A stretch of 64,000 nt of DNA from Gammaproteobacteria bacterium (GCA_016779485.1 JADHNN010000001.1:159885-223884), one strand, 5' to 3'; counted from the first letter of the stretch, positions 40,623 through 51,371 are shown. Notes: a model not told the origin generated them from the sequence alone. Numbers and translations: made by a program.

Positions 40623-41823
40623 AAATATATTACTCGGAATTACGGGAAGTATAGCTGCATATAAAGCAGCAGAACTTGTCAGTAATCTGATAAAAAATGG
40701 TGCAAACGTGAAAGTCATTATGACCAAAGCTTCAACATCATTTATTACTGAAAAAACCCTTGAGTGTATATCGAAGAACAAGGTCATGATTGATGAATCA
40801 GAGCATGATGATTCTTTTTTGCATTTAGATCTCTCTAAATGGGCTGATATAATGCTTATTGCACCATGTACTGCAAACACGCTGAATAAAATTGTATCAG
40901 GATTGGGCGATGATTTGTTGTCGACAAGTTGTCTTGCGTTTAAAAACAAAATTTATTTAGCGCCTGCCATGAATCCAAATATGTGGAATAACACTATTCT
41001 GCAAAAGAATTTAGAAAATATATCGAAAGATAAGTTTGAAATCATTGGGCCAGATTATGGAAATCATGCTTGTGGTGATATTGGTTATGGGAGAATGTCA
41101 TCCCCACAAACAATTATTGATCAATTAAGTAAATCTCTAGGTTATGCAGCATTAGATGGTATAAAGATTCTTGTAACTGCTGGGCCTACGAGGGAGCCTA
41201 TAGATCCTGTAAGGTTTATAAGTAATTATAGTTCTGGAAAAATGGGATACGCAATTGCTGAACATGCTAGAGACTTAGGAGCAGATGTGAAATTAATTAG
41301 TGGCCCCGTTAAGCTAGATAAACCTGAAAGAGTTTCGTGTAAGGATGTTGAGACATCTACGGAGATGTTTGAGGAAGTGATTAATAGTATATCAAATTAT
41401 GATATTTTTATATCTGCAGCAGCTATATCAGATTATAGACCATCTAATACACTGAATCATAAACACAAAACTGAAGATGGTGAACTGAATATAAATCTTG
41501 TAAGAGGTAGAGATATTCTAAAAACAGCTAAGATAATAAATAGTGAAGTATTTGCTGTTGGCTTTTCAGCTGAAACAAAAAACATTAGAAATAATGCAAA
41601 ATTAAAACTTAAAGAAAAAGGTATAGATATGATTATAGCCAATGAGGCAAATCATCAGAAGGGTCTAGGGTTTGAGTCTGATCATAATGAAATTATTATC
41701 ATAGATGAAAATGAAATTATACCAGTGGCAATGAACACAAAAAAAGAATTAGCTAAAGTGATTATTAATAAGATAGTATCTAAATTTAAATGTAATATTA
41801 TCAAAATCAAGAATGCTAGATAA
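40603..41823 (+). CDS. coaBC: Bifunctional phosphopantothenoylcysteine decarboxylase/synthetase
   Basis: [45 protein letters not shown]. Confidence 0.97.
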   Translation: MKNLHNKNILLGITGSIAAYKAAELVSNLIKNGANVKVIMTKASTSFITEKTLECISKNKVMIDESEHDDSFLHLDLSKWADIMLIAPCTANTLNKIVSGLGDDLLSTSCLAFKNKIYLAPAMNPNMWNNTILQKNLENISKDKFEIIGPDYGNHACGDIGYGRMSSPQTIIDQLSKSLGYAALDGIKILVTAGPTREPIDPVRFISNYSSGKMGYAIAEHARDLGADVKLISGPVKLDKPERVSCKDVETSTEMFEEVINSISNYDIFISAAAISDYRPSNTLNHKHKTEDGELNINLVRGRDILKTAKIINSEVFAVGFSAETKNIRNNAKLKLKEKGIDMIIANEANHQKGLGFESDHNEIIIIDENEIIPVAMNTKKELAKVIINKIVSKFKCNIIKIKNAR

Positions 41824-42262
41824 AGTTTCCATTAAGATAGTTGATAATATTATCAAAAAGCTTCCAGCTTACGCATCTGACGGGTCTGCTGGATTAGACT
41901 TGCATGCAGCCATATCAAGCGCCATAGACCTGCTACCTCAAGAAACAGTTCTGATTTCTACAGGAATAGCAATTTATATTAAAGACAAAAACTATGCCGC
42001 CACAATACTTCCACGGTCTGGACTAGGACATAAAAAAGGTATTGTTCTCGGAAACTTGATTGGATTAATAGATTCTGATTATCAAGGTGAACTAATGATA
42101 TCATGTTGGAATAGAAGTAATAGTTCCTATCAAATCCAACCTCTGGAAAGAATTGCTCAGATAATATTTTTAAAAATTGAACACCCTAAATTTGAATTAG
42201 TTGATGACTTTATATCAACAGAGAGAGGAAAAAAAGGTTTCGGCTCATCAGGGAAAAAATGA
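41813..42262 (+). CDS. dut: dUTP pyrophosphatase
   Basis: [34 protein letters not shown]. Confidence 0.98.
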   Translation: MLDKVSIKIVDNIIKKLPAYASDGSAGLDLHAAISSAIDLLPQETVLISTGIAIYIKDKNYAATILPRSGLGHKKGIVLGNLIGLIDSDYQGELMISCWNRSNSSYQIQPLERIAQIIFLKIEHPKFELVDDFISTERGKKGFGSSGKK

Positions 42263-43635
42263 ATACAATGAATGAAAATATCTTCAGGGCATATGATATC
42301 AGGGGTATCTATCCGAAGGATCTAAATGAAGATATTGCTTATAAAATAGGTTTTGCCTTATCAAGGAGAATAAATGTACCTAAAGTTGTGGTCGCGATGG
42401 ACGGCAGACTAAGTGGACCTAAAATTAAGAGATCATTAATAAATGGACTTATTGATAACGGAGTAGATGTAGTAGATTGTGGTGCTATACCAACACCGAT
42501 GCTGTATTTTGCCACTAAGACATTATTAATACCTAATGGTTTTATGATTACAGGAAGTCATAATCCCAAAGAGTACAATGGTATAAAAATGATTGTTGAT
42601 GGCAACCCGCTATTTGACAAAGATATTTATGAACTAAGAGATTGGATCAAGCATAATAAAATGAAAACTCCTGATGATAAAGTTGGAACCGTTAAGATTT
42701 GCTCAGATATTATCAGTAGATACATAGAAAGATTACAAGAGAATCTATCTATCAACATTAAAAATAAAATTATTATAGATTGTATGAATGGAGTAACAGG
42801 TAATGTAATAAAGGATATTGTAAGTTCATTTAACATTAATTCTGATTTAATCAATGAAAAAGTAGATGGAAATTTTCCAAATTGTCATCCAGACCCAACC
42901 AAAGAAGAAAATTTAAAATCTCTTAAAGAAAAAATAAAAAATACAAATGCGGAATTTGGAGTTGCATTTGACGGGGATGGTGATCGTCTTGTAATTATAA
43001 AAAACAATTGTGATGTAATATGGCCTGATGAATTAATGATTTTATTCTCAAAGTCAGTATTATCTGAGGACACTAATACAAAGATAGTATTCGACGTTAA
43101 ATGCACTCGTAATCTCAGAACAACTATTGAAAATTTAGGTGGCATAGCGATTGAATCTAGAACTGGTCATTCGTTTATCAAGCAAACTATTCAAAAAGAA
43201 GGCGCAAAACTTGGAGGGGAAATGAGTGGGCATATTTTTTTTAATGATAAGTGGTATGGCTTCGATGATGGTATATATGTGTTTCTAAGATTTTTGGAAA
43301 TACTATCTAATGATCCTGTTATGGTAGAAGAACTTATGGAGCTACCTGAAACTCATGTTACTCCTGAAATTGATATAGATTTCCCAAAAAATAACCATTT
43401 TAAATTCATTGAGGCTTTTAAGAAAAAAAGTGTATTTACAAATTATGAAGTGTCAGATCTAGATGGTATAAAGATATCAAATTCTGAATCATGGGGCTTA
43501 ATAAGAGCATCAAATACATCTCCCAAAATAACTCTTCGCTTCGAATCATTAAGTGAAAAAGGCTTAATTAGCATTAAAAATGAAATTAAAAATGCTATTC
43601 TTAAAATTGATAATACGTTAGAATTACCGTTCTAA
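42259..43635 (+). CDS. Phosphomannomutase/phosphoglucomutase (AlgC-like)
   Basis: [32 protein letters not shown]. Confidence 0.96.
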   Translation: MNTMNENIFRAYDIRGIYPKDLNEDIAYKIGFALSRRINVPKVVVAMDGRLSGPKIKRSLINGLIDNGVDVVDCGAIPTPMLYFATKTLLIPNGFMITGSHNPKEYNGIKMIVDGNPLFDKDIYELRDWIKHNKMKTPDDKVGTVKICSDIISRYIERLQENLSINIKNKIIIDCMNGVTGNVIKDIVSSFNINSDLINEKVDGNFPNCHPDPTKEENLKSLKEKIKNTNAEFGVAFDGDGDRLVIIKNNCDVIWPDELMILFSKSVLSEDTNTKIVFDVKCTRNLRTTIENLGGIAIESRTGHSFIKQTIQKEGAKLGGEMSGHIFFNDKWYGFDDGIYVFLRFLEILSNDPVMVEELMELPETHVTPEIDIDFPKNNHFKFIEAFKKKSVFTNYEVSDLDGIKISNSESWGLIRASNTSPKITLRFESLSEKGLISIKNEIKNAILKIDNTLELPF

Positions 43636-43639
43636 AATT

Positions 43640-44536
43640 ATGGACAAGAAAGTTGAACTAAGAAAGAATACTGCAAACATACCTTCTACAGCGAACGTAC
43701 TTATAGAAGCGTTACCCTATATCCAGAAACTTGCTAATAAAGTGATTGTGATAAAATTCGGCGGTAATGCAATGATAGATGACAAGCTCAAAAATAACTT
43801 TGCGAGAGATGTCGTTCTATTAAAACAGGTTGGATTGCATCCCGTCATTGTTCATGGAGGTGGGCCGCAAATAACTAATTATCTAGAAAAAATGGGTATA
43901 AAAAGTGAGTTTGTAGATGGAATGAGAGTGACTGACGAAAAATCTATTGATCTTATTGAAATGGTATTAGGCGGATTGATAAATAAAGAAATTGTAAATT
44001 TGATAACTAGTCATGGCGGTAGAGCTGTAGGTTTATCAGGAAAGGATGGCGGCCTAATTAGAGCAAAAAAAATGATTGGGGAAGGAAAGAATAAAAACTT
44101 TGATTTTAAAAATACAGGAATGGTCGCAAGCATAGACCCTAGCGTTGTAAACCTTCTTGATTCGACATCTTTCATACCTGTAATTGCGCCTATCGGTATT
44201 GGCGAAGACTATAAAACGTATAATATTAATGCTGATATTGTGGCAGGCAAAATTGCTAAAATATTACAAGCAGGTAAATATGTTGTATTAACAAATACTA
44301 CTGGAATTTTTGATGATAATGGTAATCTGATAAAATCAATGAATGCAGAACAAGTAAGGCAATATGTGAAAAAAGGAACTATATCATCAGGTATGCTTCC
44401 CAAGGTTGAATCTGCACTCGAAGCAGTGTCTGCAGGTGTTCATAATGTTCAAATTATTGATGGAACAATAGAGCACGCCTTGTTGCTTGAACTTTTCACA
44501 GACGAAGGTGTAGGTACAATGATAAGAAGAACATAA
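43640..44536 (+). CDS. argB: Acetylglutamate kinase
   Basis: KFGGNAM, VHGGGPQI, GMRVTD, NINAD, GMLPKV. Confidence 0.97.
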   Translation: MDKKVELRKNTANIPSTANVLIEALPYIQKLANKVIVIKFGGNAMIDDKLKNNFARDVVLLKQVGLHPVIVHGGGPQITNYLEKMGIKSEFVDGMRVTDEKSIDLIEMVLGGLINKEIVNLITSHGGRAVGLSGKDGGLIRAKKMIGEGKNKNFDFKNTGMVASIDPSVVNLLDSTSFIPVIAPIGIGEDYKTYNINADIVAGKIAKILQAGKYVVLTNTTGIFDDNGNLIKSMNAEQVRQYVKKGTISSGMLPKVESALEAVSAGVHNVQIIDGTIEHALLLELFTDEGVGTMIRRT

Positions 44537-44539
44537 GAT

Positions 44540-45268
44540 TTGGAATATATTCTTTTATTCTTCATTTCTTTCTTATCAAATCTATTTTCAGCATTCTCTG
44601 GTGGTGGCGCAGGTATTATTCAATTGCCAGCTATCCTATTATTATATCAAATAAGTTTCCCTGTAGCTTTAGCGACACATAAAATTTCTACTGTTTTATT
44701 GGGTGTTGGAGCATCAATTAAGTTTTTTGAAAAAAATAAACCAGATAAAAGAATCTTACTTGAAGGCTTAATAGTAGGCCTACCTGCTGTAATATTAGGT
44801 GCTTTTTCAATTCAATTTCTAGCAGAAGATATTGCTAGAAAAATGCTAGGCATGCTAATACTTGGGGTTTTTATTCTATCTCTCATAAAAAATAACGATA
44901 ATGTAAATAAGAATCTAAATTCTACAATAGTATACCTTTTATTATTTTTTATTGGTTTTCTTAATGGTTCGCTATCAGCTGGCACCGGTTTACTCTATAC
45001 CATTATGCTAACAAAGTTATACAACATGTCATTTAAACAAGCTGTAGGATACACCTTGCTTGTTGTAGGACTATTTTATAATTTGTTAGGCGCAATAGTT
45101 TTATATTTAATATCAACTATAGATGTAACTATACTTCCAGTACTGTTAATAGGCTCTTTAATAGGAGGTTACATTGGAGCGATGATAGCTATAAGTAAAT
45201 CAAATCTAGTTATAAAAACAGCTTACCAGGTTGTAACTATTATTGTTGCTTATAAACTGCTTTTCTAA
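44540..45268 (+). CDS. TSUP/TauE-SafE family permease (TTG start)
   Basis: SGGGAG, ALATHK, GTG and multiple TM segments. Confidence 0.8.
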   Translation: MEYILLFFISFLSNLFSAFSGGGAGIIQLPAILLLYQISFPVALATHKISTVLLGVGASIKFFEKNKPDKRILLEGLIVGLPAVILGAFSIQFLAEDIARKMLGMLILGVFILSLIKNNDNVNKNLNSTIVYLLLFFIGFLNGSLSAGTGLLYTIMLTKLYNMSFKQAVGYTLLVVGLFYNLLGAIVLYLISTIDVTILPVLLIGSLIGGYIGAMIAISKSNLVIKTAYQVVTIIVAYKLLF

Positions 45269-45906
45269 CAACCTTTGTATTTAGAAATATATTCTTCCAT
45301 AGCTTGAATATATTTTTTGTAATTATTATTTGATTTTACATATTCATATATATCTTCCAAATTAATTAAGTAATGAGTTTCAATATTATAATTATTTGTG
45401 ATTTCTGTGGATGCCATCAACTTGTCGCCAATTTCCATGCGGTTGAATGCGACTAATATATCAGTACATTCAACATTATGACTAGTAAGTAAATTATATG
45501 ATTCAATTATTGACGAGCCTGATGATATGACATCATCAACAATTAAAGCTTTTCCTTTGATTTCGCAACCAACAAAATTACCTTTATCCCCATGGGTTTT
45601 TGCCTCTTTTCTATTAAATGCATAATTGGTAATAGCTGAATATTTATTAAACAAACTTTGAGATATTGATGAACAAAGAGTAATTCCTTTATACGCAGGG
45701 CCAAAAATGAAATTATAGTTAAGTGAGTGATCGTGAATATAATCAGCATAATATGATGTTAGTTCTGAGAGTAATTTACCGTTATTGCAAAGACCTGTAT
45801 TAAAAAAGTATGGACTACGCCTTCCTGATTTTAAAGTAAAATCACCAAATCTTAGAATATTTTCATTAATAGTAAATTCAATAAATTCTTGTTTTTTATC
45901 AAACAT
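45265..45906 (-). CDS. pyrE: Orotate phosphoribosyltransferase
   Basis: FTLKSGRRSPYFFN, GPAYKGI, RKEAKTHG, VDDVISSG; start at ATG 45906. Confidence 0.97.
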   Translation of the reverse strand: MFDKKQEFIEFTINENILRFGDFTLKSGRRSPYFFNTGLCNNGKLLSELTSYYADYIHDHSLNYNFIFGPAYKGITLCSSISQSLFNKYSAITNYAFNRKEAKTHGDKGNFVGCEIKGKALIVDDVISSGSSIIESYNLLTSHNVECTDILVAFNRMEIGDKLMASTEITNNYNIETHYLINLEDIYEYVKSNNNYKKYIQAMEEYISKYKGC

Positions 45907-45939
45907 AGTGAAAGACCATAAATTAATGATAACATAACC

Positions 45940-46719
45940 ATGAAAACAAAAATGAAAGTTATAACAATAAATGTTTGTGGTATAAGAGCTAGTCAAAAGA
46001 AAGGAATTTTTGAATGGCTGAAAAAAACTAAAGCAGACTTCATATGTATGCAAGAAACAAGAGCTTTAGAAGAACAAATTAGTGATGAGTCATTTTTGAT
46101 AAAAGGATATTCAAGATATTTAAATGTTGCTGAAAAAAAAGGATATAGTGGAGTTGCTATATACACAATACATAAACCAATAAAAATCCAAACGTCCTTT
46201 TCAAAATCAATTTTTGAATCAGAAGGTAGATTTATACTGGCAGAGTATGAAAATTACTCTATCGCATCTGTTTACTTCCCATCTGGATCTTCTGGAGAAT
46301 TAAGACAGAATCTGAAATATGAGTTTATGGATTATTTTGAAAAATTTATAACAAAGGAGATAAATAAGAAAAAGCGATTAATCATCTGTGGTGATTATAA
46401 TATTGCTCATACAAAAAATGATATAAAAAACTGGAGGTCTAACCAGAATAATTCGGGCTTTCTGCTTGAGGAAAGGGAATGGATGACTAGGTTAATAAAT
46501 AAAATAGGACTCAAAGATGCTTTCAGAATAAAATGTAAAGAAACTGATATCTATACCTGGTGGTCAAATAGAGGAAACGCTTATAATAACAATGTGGGCT
46601 GGAGGATAGATTATCAGATGGTTACAGATAATTTTGCTAAAAAAGTTAAAAATGTTTCTGTCTACAAGGACAAAAAGTTTTCTGATCATGCTCCGCTCAT
46701 TATAAATTATGATATATGA
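45940..46719 (+). CDS. xth: Exodeoxyribonuclease III / AP endonuclease
   Basis: CMQET, GYSGVA, GDYNIAH, GWRIDY, SDHAPL. Confidence 0.93.
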   Translation: MKTKMKVITINVCGIRASQKKGIFEWLKKTKADFICMQETRALEEQISDESFLIKGYSRYLNVAEKKGYSGVAIYTIHKPIKIQTSFSKSIFESEGRFILAEYENYSIASVYFPSGSSGELRQNLKYEFMDYFEKFITKEINKKKRLIICGDYNIAHTKNDIKNWRSNQNNSGFLLEEREWMTRLINKIGLKDAFRIKCKETDIYTWWSNRGNAYNNNVGWRIDYQMVTDNFAKKVKNVSVYKDKKFSDHAPLIINYDI

Positions 46720-47971
46720 TTCAATAAAAGATATTATCAAACCTTACTCAGAGAAAAAAATATTTATATCATTATTGATGGGTTTCGTTGCAGGTCTACC
46801 CTTATTATTAACAATTACACTTCTGCAAGCTTGGCTAACAGATCTAGATGTATCCAAATCTACTATTGGGTTATTTGCACTAATTGGTTTACCTTACTCT
46901 TTAAAGTTCTTATGGGCACCTCTTTTTGATAGATATATTATTAGTAAGCTCGGTAGAAGACGTGGTTGGCTTTTGCTTGCTCAAGTACTATTGATAATTT
47001 CTATATTTTTCCTTGGGCAGTCTAATCCGTTAATAAATTTATATAACGTTGCTATTCTCTCATTAGCTGTCACATTCTTCTCAGCTTCCCAAGATATTGT
47101 GATTGATGCATACAGACGAGAAATCTTGTCAGAAAATCAACAAACAATTGGGGCCTCAGCGTATGTCCTTGGATATAGATTTGGTGCATTAGCAGCAGGA
47201 GCAGGTGGACTCATCCTTGCAGATATATATACATATTCATTTGTTTATTCATTAATGTCATTCATTATGCTGATAGGTGTTCTTACAACTGTATTATCAG
47301 AAGAACCAAACGTATCTATAAAACCAAATACACTTAGAGAATCTATAGTTGATCCATTCAAAGAGTTTTTTACTCGTTATTCAAAAGAACAACTGGCTCT
47401 GAATAAATATATACCATATTTAATTTTATTTTTTGTGCTTATGTATAAAGTAGGTGACACAATGGCGCATTCGCTAAGCACTAATTTCTATTTAGAAATA
47501 GGATTTACAAAAACAGAAATAGGAACTGTTGTAAAATTTTTTGGGCTTGGAGCTACGCTGCTAGGTGCTTTTATAGGAGGTGCATTATCATTAAAAATAG
47601 GTTTATATAAATCGTTGATTTATTTTGGTGTATTTCAGCTAATAGCTACTATAGGTTTCACTGTATTATATTATGTCGGCAATAACATGATGATATTAAT
47701 AAGTGTAATTACTTTAGAAAACTTAGCTGCAGGAATGGGATATACGGCATACCTAGCATTTATAGCTCATATGACATCCAAAGAATTTACTGCTACACAA
47801 TTTGCTCTTATGACTGCACTTATGTCTTTACCGAGAACATTTCTATCAGGGACTTCTGGATTTTTAGTTGAATTATTAAATTGGGATATGTACTTTATTT
47901 TTTGTTCTTTAATAGCTATACCTGCTCTGTTAATATTAAAAAGGATCAAGTTTATAATAAAAGATGAATAA
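46709..47971 (+). CDS. ampG: AmpG-family muropeptide MFS transporter
   Basis: KFLWAPLFD, GRRRGW, SASQDIVIDAYRRE, ATQFALM. Confidence 0.94.
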   Translation: MIYDSIKDIIKPYSEKKIFISLLMGFVAGLPLLLTITLLQAWLTDLDVSKSTIGLFALIGLPYSLKFLWAPLFDRYIISKLGRRRGWLLLAQVLLIISIFFLGQSNPLINLYNVAILSLAVTFFSASQDIVIDAYRREILSENQQTIGASAYVLGYRFGALAAGAGGLILADIYTYSFVYSLMSFIMLIGVLTTVLSEEPNVSIKPNTLRESIVDPFKEFFTRYSKEQLALNKYIPYLILFFVLMYKVGDTMAHSLSTNFYLEIGFTKTEIGTVVKFFGLGATLLGAFIGGALSLKIGLYKSLIYFGVFQLIATIGFTVLYYVGNNMMILISVITLENLAAGMGYTAYLAFIAHMTSKEFTATQFALMTALMSLPRTFLSGTSGFLVELLNWDMYFIFCSLIAIPALLILKRIKFIIKDE

Positions 47972-48440
47972 ATTTAATACAGCTGATTTATGTGATATAC
48001 ACAATTTACAGATAGCAAAACCAATATTTAAATCTTTTGGTTTTAATACTCACTGTTATGGGCAGATAAAAACTGTAGAGGCTATAGAGGATAACTCTTA
48101 CGTTAAAAAGCTTCTTCAAGAAGATGGTTCTGGATACGTGATGGTTGTAGACGGAAAAGGTTCTGAAAATTGTGCGCTTGTAGGTGATAACTTAGCAGCA
48201 TTAGGTGCCAAGAACAACTGGTCTGGCATCATTGTAAACGGGTGTATAAGAGATAGTTTAGAAATAAACAATATAAATATTTCCATTAAAGCTCTAAACT
48301 TAGTTCCAAATAAAAGTGAAAAGAGAGATATTGGAAAATATGGATTAGATTTAAATTTTGCTGAAGTCACTTTTATAGAAAATCAATATATATATTCTGA
48401 CCCAGATGGAATAGTTCTTTCTGCAACAAAGTTATTTTAA
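47964..48440 (+). CDS. rraA: RraA-family protein (HMG aldolase-like)
   Basis: TADLCD, EDNS, VVDGKGS..ALVGD, GCIRD, YSDPDG. Confidence 0.9.
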   Translation: MNKFNTADLCDIHNLQIAKPIFKSFGFNTHCYGQIKTVEAIEDNSYVKKLLQEDGSGYVMVVDGKGSENCALVGDNLAALGAKNNWSGIIVNGCIRDSLEINNINISIKALNLVPNKSEKRDIGKYGLDLNFAEVTFIENQYIYSDPDGIVLSATKLF

Positions 48441-48442
48441 AA

Positions 48443-49039
48443 GTGGATAGAACTATTATAAGTCTTGAAAATGTAGGTCTAATCAAGCAAGAAAAACAAA
48501 TACTTAATAATATTTCAATGCTCATATCTTCAGGGCAGAAAATTAATATTCATGGTAGTAATGGTGTTGGTAAAACTTCACTTCTGAAAATCATTTCGGG
48601 TATCACATCGCAATATTCTGGTAAGGTACGTCTTGATGATTCTATTAGTATGAATGATGATTTATTTTATATAGGTCATAAATATGGCTTAAAGCAAGAA
48701 CTGACTGTCAGAGAAAATATAGAGTTTATATTAAAGTTTAACAATAAAATCAATACTTTCAAAAACTTGATAGAAGAATTAAAGTATTATGAGATAGATA
48801 ATACTATTGATTATAAGATTAAGTTTCTCTCACATGGTCAAAAAAAAATTGTTAGTTTAATTCAGCTATCTTTATTATCTTTTAAGATATGGGTACTTGA
48901 CGAACCATTCACTGGTCTCGACAAAAAAACAATTGATAGGTTTCACAAAAGAATTGAAGAGCATATAAATGCTGACGGGATAGTTATTTCAACTAGTCAC
49001 AGCTCAAAAGATGACTTTGATAATATTGAACTGCTATGA
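48443..49039 (+). CDS. ccmA: Cytochrome c maturation ABC ATPase
   Basis: GSNGVGKTS, YIGHKYGLK.ELTVREN, LSHGQ, WVLDEPF; upstream of ccmB. Confidence 0.88.
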   Translation: MDRTIISLENVGLIKQEKQILNNISMLISSGQKINIHGSNGVGKTSLLKIISGITSQYSGKVRLDDSISMNDDLFYIGHKYGLKQELTVRENIEFILKFNNKINTFKNLIEELKYYEIDNTIDYKIKFLSHGQKKIVSLIQLSLLSFKIWVLDEPFTGLDKKTIDRFHKRIEEHINADGIVISTSHSSKDDFDNIELL

Positions 49040-49704
49040 ATACATTTATTTCAATAATGCATAGGGATATGAGAGTAATTTTAAACTCTGGCAACAAAGT
49101 ATTCATGCCGATTATATATCTATTATTAGTACTCACATTTTTTTCGATTAGCTTAGCTAATTCAACTTCCGGTGGCTATGAACGCATAGTTCCTCAAATT
49201 ATATGGCTAGCATGCCTGTTGGTAAGTCTTATCAATATGGAAGCTTTGTTCAAAGAGGATTATGAAGATGGCACGCTTGAAAATATAGTAATTAATTCAG
49301 ATGCGCTTGAGTTTAATGTTCTTGCAAAGATTTTATCTTATTGGTTATTTACAATTACACCACTAATAATTGTTGGCTTTATTATGAATTACCTTCTTAC
49401 ATCAGATCTGAATACATCACTAGTTCTCCTTATTAGTTTGATTTTAGGTACATTGACAATTTCTCTCATTGGAGGCGTAGCAGCATCTCTTACGCTTAGC
49501 ATTAAAGGTAATAATCTTTTATTATCAACAATAGTTCTGCCTATGGATATACCTGTTTTAATATTTGGAACTAGTTCTGTTTTTAACGCAACATCTGGCG
49601 TCAACTATCATTCTGAATTATTGATTTTATTACTTCTTCTCATACTGTTTTTAATAATCTCGCCTTTTGCATCAGCATTAGGCTTAAAGAACAGTCTAGA
49701 CTAA
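49036..49704 (+). CDS. ccmB: Heme exporter protein B
   Basis: LFKEDYEDGTLE, LVLP..IPVLIFG, TM pattern. Confidence 0.9.
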   Translation: MNTFISIMHRDMRVILNSGNKVFMPIIYLLLVLTFFSISLANSTSGGYERIVPQIIWLACLLVSLINMEALFKEDYEDGTLENIVINSDALEFNVLAKILSYWLFTITPLIIVGFIMNYLLTSDLNTSLVLLISLILGTLTISLIGGVAASLTLSIKGNNLLLSTIVLPMDIPVLIFGTSSVFNATSGVNYHSELLILLLLLILFLIISPFASALGLKNSLD

Positions 49705-50424
49705 TTTAGTCCACGATTTATTCTTCTCATTATTAAGAAGCATGTTCTGTGATGATTTCAACATAGTGCCAAGAAAGAAAAATGTAAATCCTAATGCTGT
49801 AATGATAAGCGGGGTTAGCATGTCACCAGCTATGCTTGGTGTACTTAATTTTATTACAGATGGGCCTTGATGAAGTGTGTTCCACCATTCTACTGAAAAA
49901 TGTATTATTGGAATATTTATAAAACCTACAATAGCTAAAATATTTACAGATATTGAGGCTTTTCTTTTATCTTCAAAAGATCCATGTAGCAATAAAATTG
50001 AGATATATATAAAAAATAATATCAGCTCTGACGTAAGTCTAGCGTCCCATGCCCACCAAGTTCCCCACATAGGCTTTCCCCATATAGCACCTGTGGTCAG
50101 AGTAAAGAATGTAAATACAGCCCCAAGTTTACATGATGCTAGAAGTATTAAATCATAAACTTTTATATGCCAAATAATTGATATTAATGCAGAAAAAAAG
50201 ACTATAGAATAAGCAAAAAGTGAAATCCATGCGCTAGGGACATGTACATACATGATTCTAAATGCATCTCCTTGTTGATAATCAGAAGGAGCAATAAAAA
50301 GCCCTTGATACAAACCCAGACTAATGAAAATTAATGATAAGAACAAAAGCCATGGTATGATTATGTTTGTAAAATCATAATAGCCTTCTGATGAGATGGT
50401 TTTAAAAAGTTTCTTTAACATCAT
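49696..50424 (-). CDS. ccmC: Heme exporter/chaperone protein C
   Basis: YVHVPSAW, GAIWGKPMWGTWWAWDARLTS (WWD motif), WNTLHQ. Confidence 0.97.
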   Translation of the reverse strand: MMLKKLFKTISSEGYYDFTNIIIPWLLFLSLIFISLGLYQGLFIAPSDYQQGDAFRIMYVHVPSAWISLFAYSIVFFSALISIIWHIKVYDLILLASCKLGAVFTFFTLTTGAIWGKPMWGTWWAWDARLTSELILFFIYISILLLHGSFEDKRKASISVNILAIVGFINIPIIHFSVEWWNTLHQGPSVIKLSTPSIAGDMLTPLIITALGFTFFFLGTMLKSSQNMLLNNEKNKSWTKLV

Positions 50425-50455
50425 TAATAAAAAATGATAGCATACAATTAATTTT

Positions 50456-50596
50456 ATGACTGAAAATAAACTAAGAGATTATGAAAAATCCATGTCAACA
50501 TGGTGCAAAAGTTTACATGGAAAGTATCGAATCATGAAAAAGCTTAATAAAAAAGCCTTTATTAGATCGATTAAATCAAAGAAAGACACTCCTTAA
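50456..50596 (+). CDS. Candidate 46-aa basic small protein MTENKLRDYEKSMSTWCKSLHGKYRIMKKLNKKAFIRSIKSKKDTP
   Basis: Open frame translated by hand; TACAAT at 50443-50448 sits 7 nt before the ATG; no SD; no recognised family. Confidence 0.35.
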   Translation: MTENKLRDYEKSMSTWCKSLHGKYRIMKKLNKKAFIRSIKSKKDTP

Positions 50597-51371
50597 TGCA
50601 GTTTTCATGAGAATCTAAATTCCCATTTATTATAAAAAAAGGGCCGTTAAGAAATTTATCATCGTGACCATAAGAAAATCTATTGAGATTTCTATTTAAA
50701 AAAAATCCTCCACATTCTTCGATAATACATTGTCCGGCAGCTGTATCCCATTCATGAGTTGGACCCAGCCTCATCGAAAAATGTCCTTTACTCTCAGCAA
50801 TTCTAGTAAATTTAATAGCACTGGACATGTATATAAGTTCTGATGTTTTAAAGTGTTTCTTTAATATATCAACAACATTTTTCCTTATAACTGTGCTGAC
50901 ATAAATATTCCTTTTTGTTTCAACACTATTTAAAATTCTTTGAGCTTCTATACCTTGCTTAATAATATATGCTCCATTATCTTTAGAAGCATAGTAAAAC
51001 TCATTGCTAGCAGGAATATAAATTATGCCGAATACTGGATAACCAGACACTATGTAGGAGATACATATGCAAAAGTTTTTACCCCCTTTAATATAATTTT
51101 TAGTACCATCGATAGGATCAACGAGCCAATATGCTTTTTGATGCCCGTACTGATTAACGTTTTCTTCAGAAATAATTACATCATTAACAAATGTAGTGGA
51201 TAAGTAATTTGTTATAATTTCATTAGAACGTAAATCAATATTTGTAACGGGGCTGTTGTCTGATTTCATATTGATATTTAAATTATTTTGACCATTAAGT
51301 TGAATGTCCCCAACACTTCTACAGAGCTCGAGAAAATCAGGAATATATGTAAGGAGATTTTTACTTATCAT
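50571..51371 (-). CDS. cysQ: 3'(2'),5'-bisphosphate nucleotidase
   Basis: KSDNSPVT, SEE, WLVDPIDGTK, WDTAAGQ; cysQ-nudE order; start at ATG 51371. Confidence 0.9.
   Translation of the reverse strand: MISKNLLTYIPDFLELCRSVGDIQLNGQNNLNINMKSDNSPVTNIDLRSNEIITNYLSTTFVNDVIISEENVNQYGHQKAYWLVDPIDGTKNYIKGGKNFCICISYIVSGYPVFGIIYIPASNEFYYASKDNGAYIIKQGIEAQRILNSVETKRNIYVSTVIRKNVVDILKKHFKTSELIYMSSAIKFTRIAESKGHFSMRLGPTHEWDTAAGQCIIEECGGFFLNRNLNRFSYGHDDKFLNGPFFIINGNLDSHENCIKECLSLI

Noticed and set aside
50456-50596. The small ORF as the missing ccmD
   Set aside because: It is on the wrong strand relative to ccmC and has no transmembrane segment
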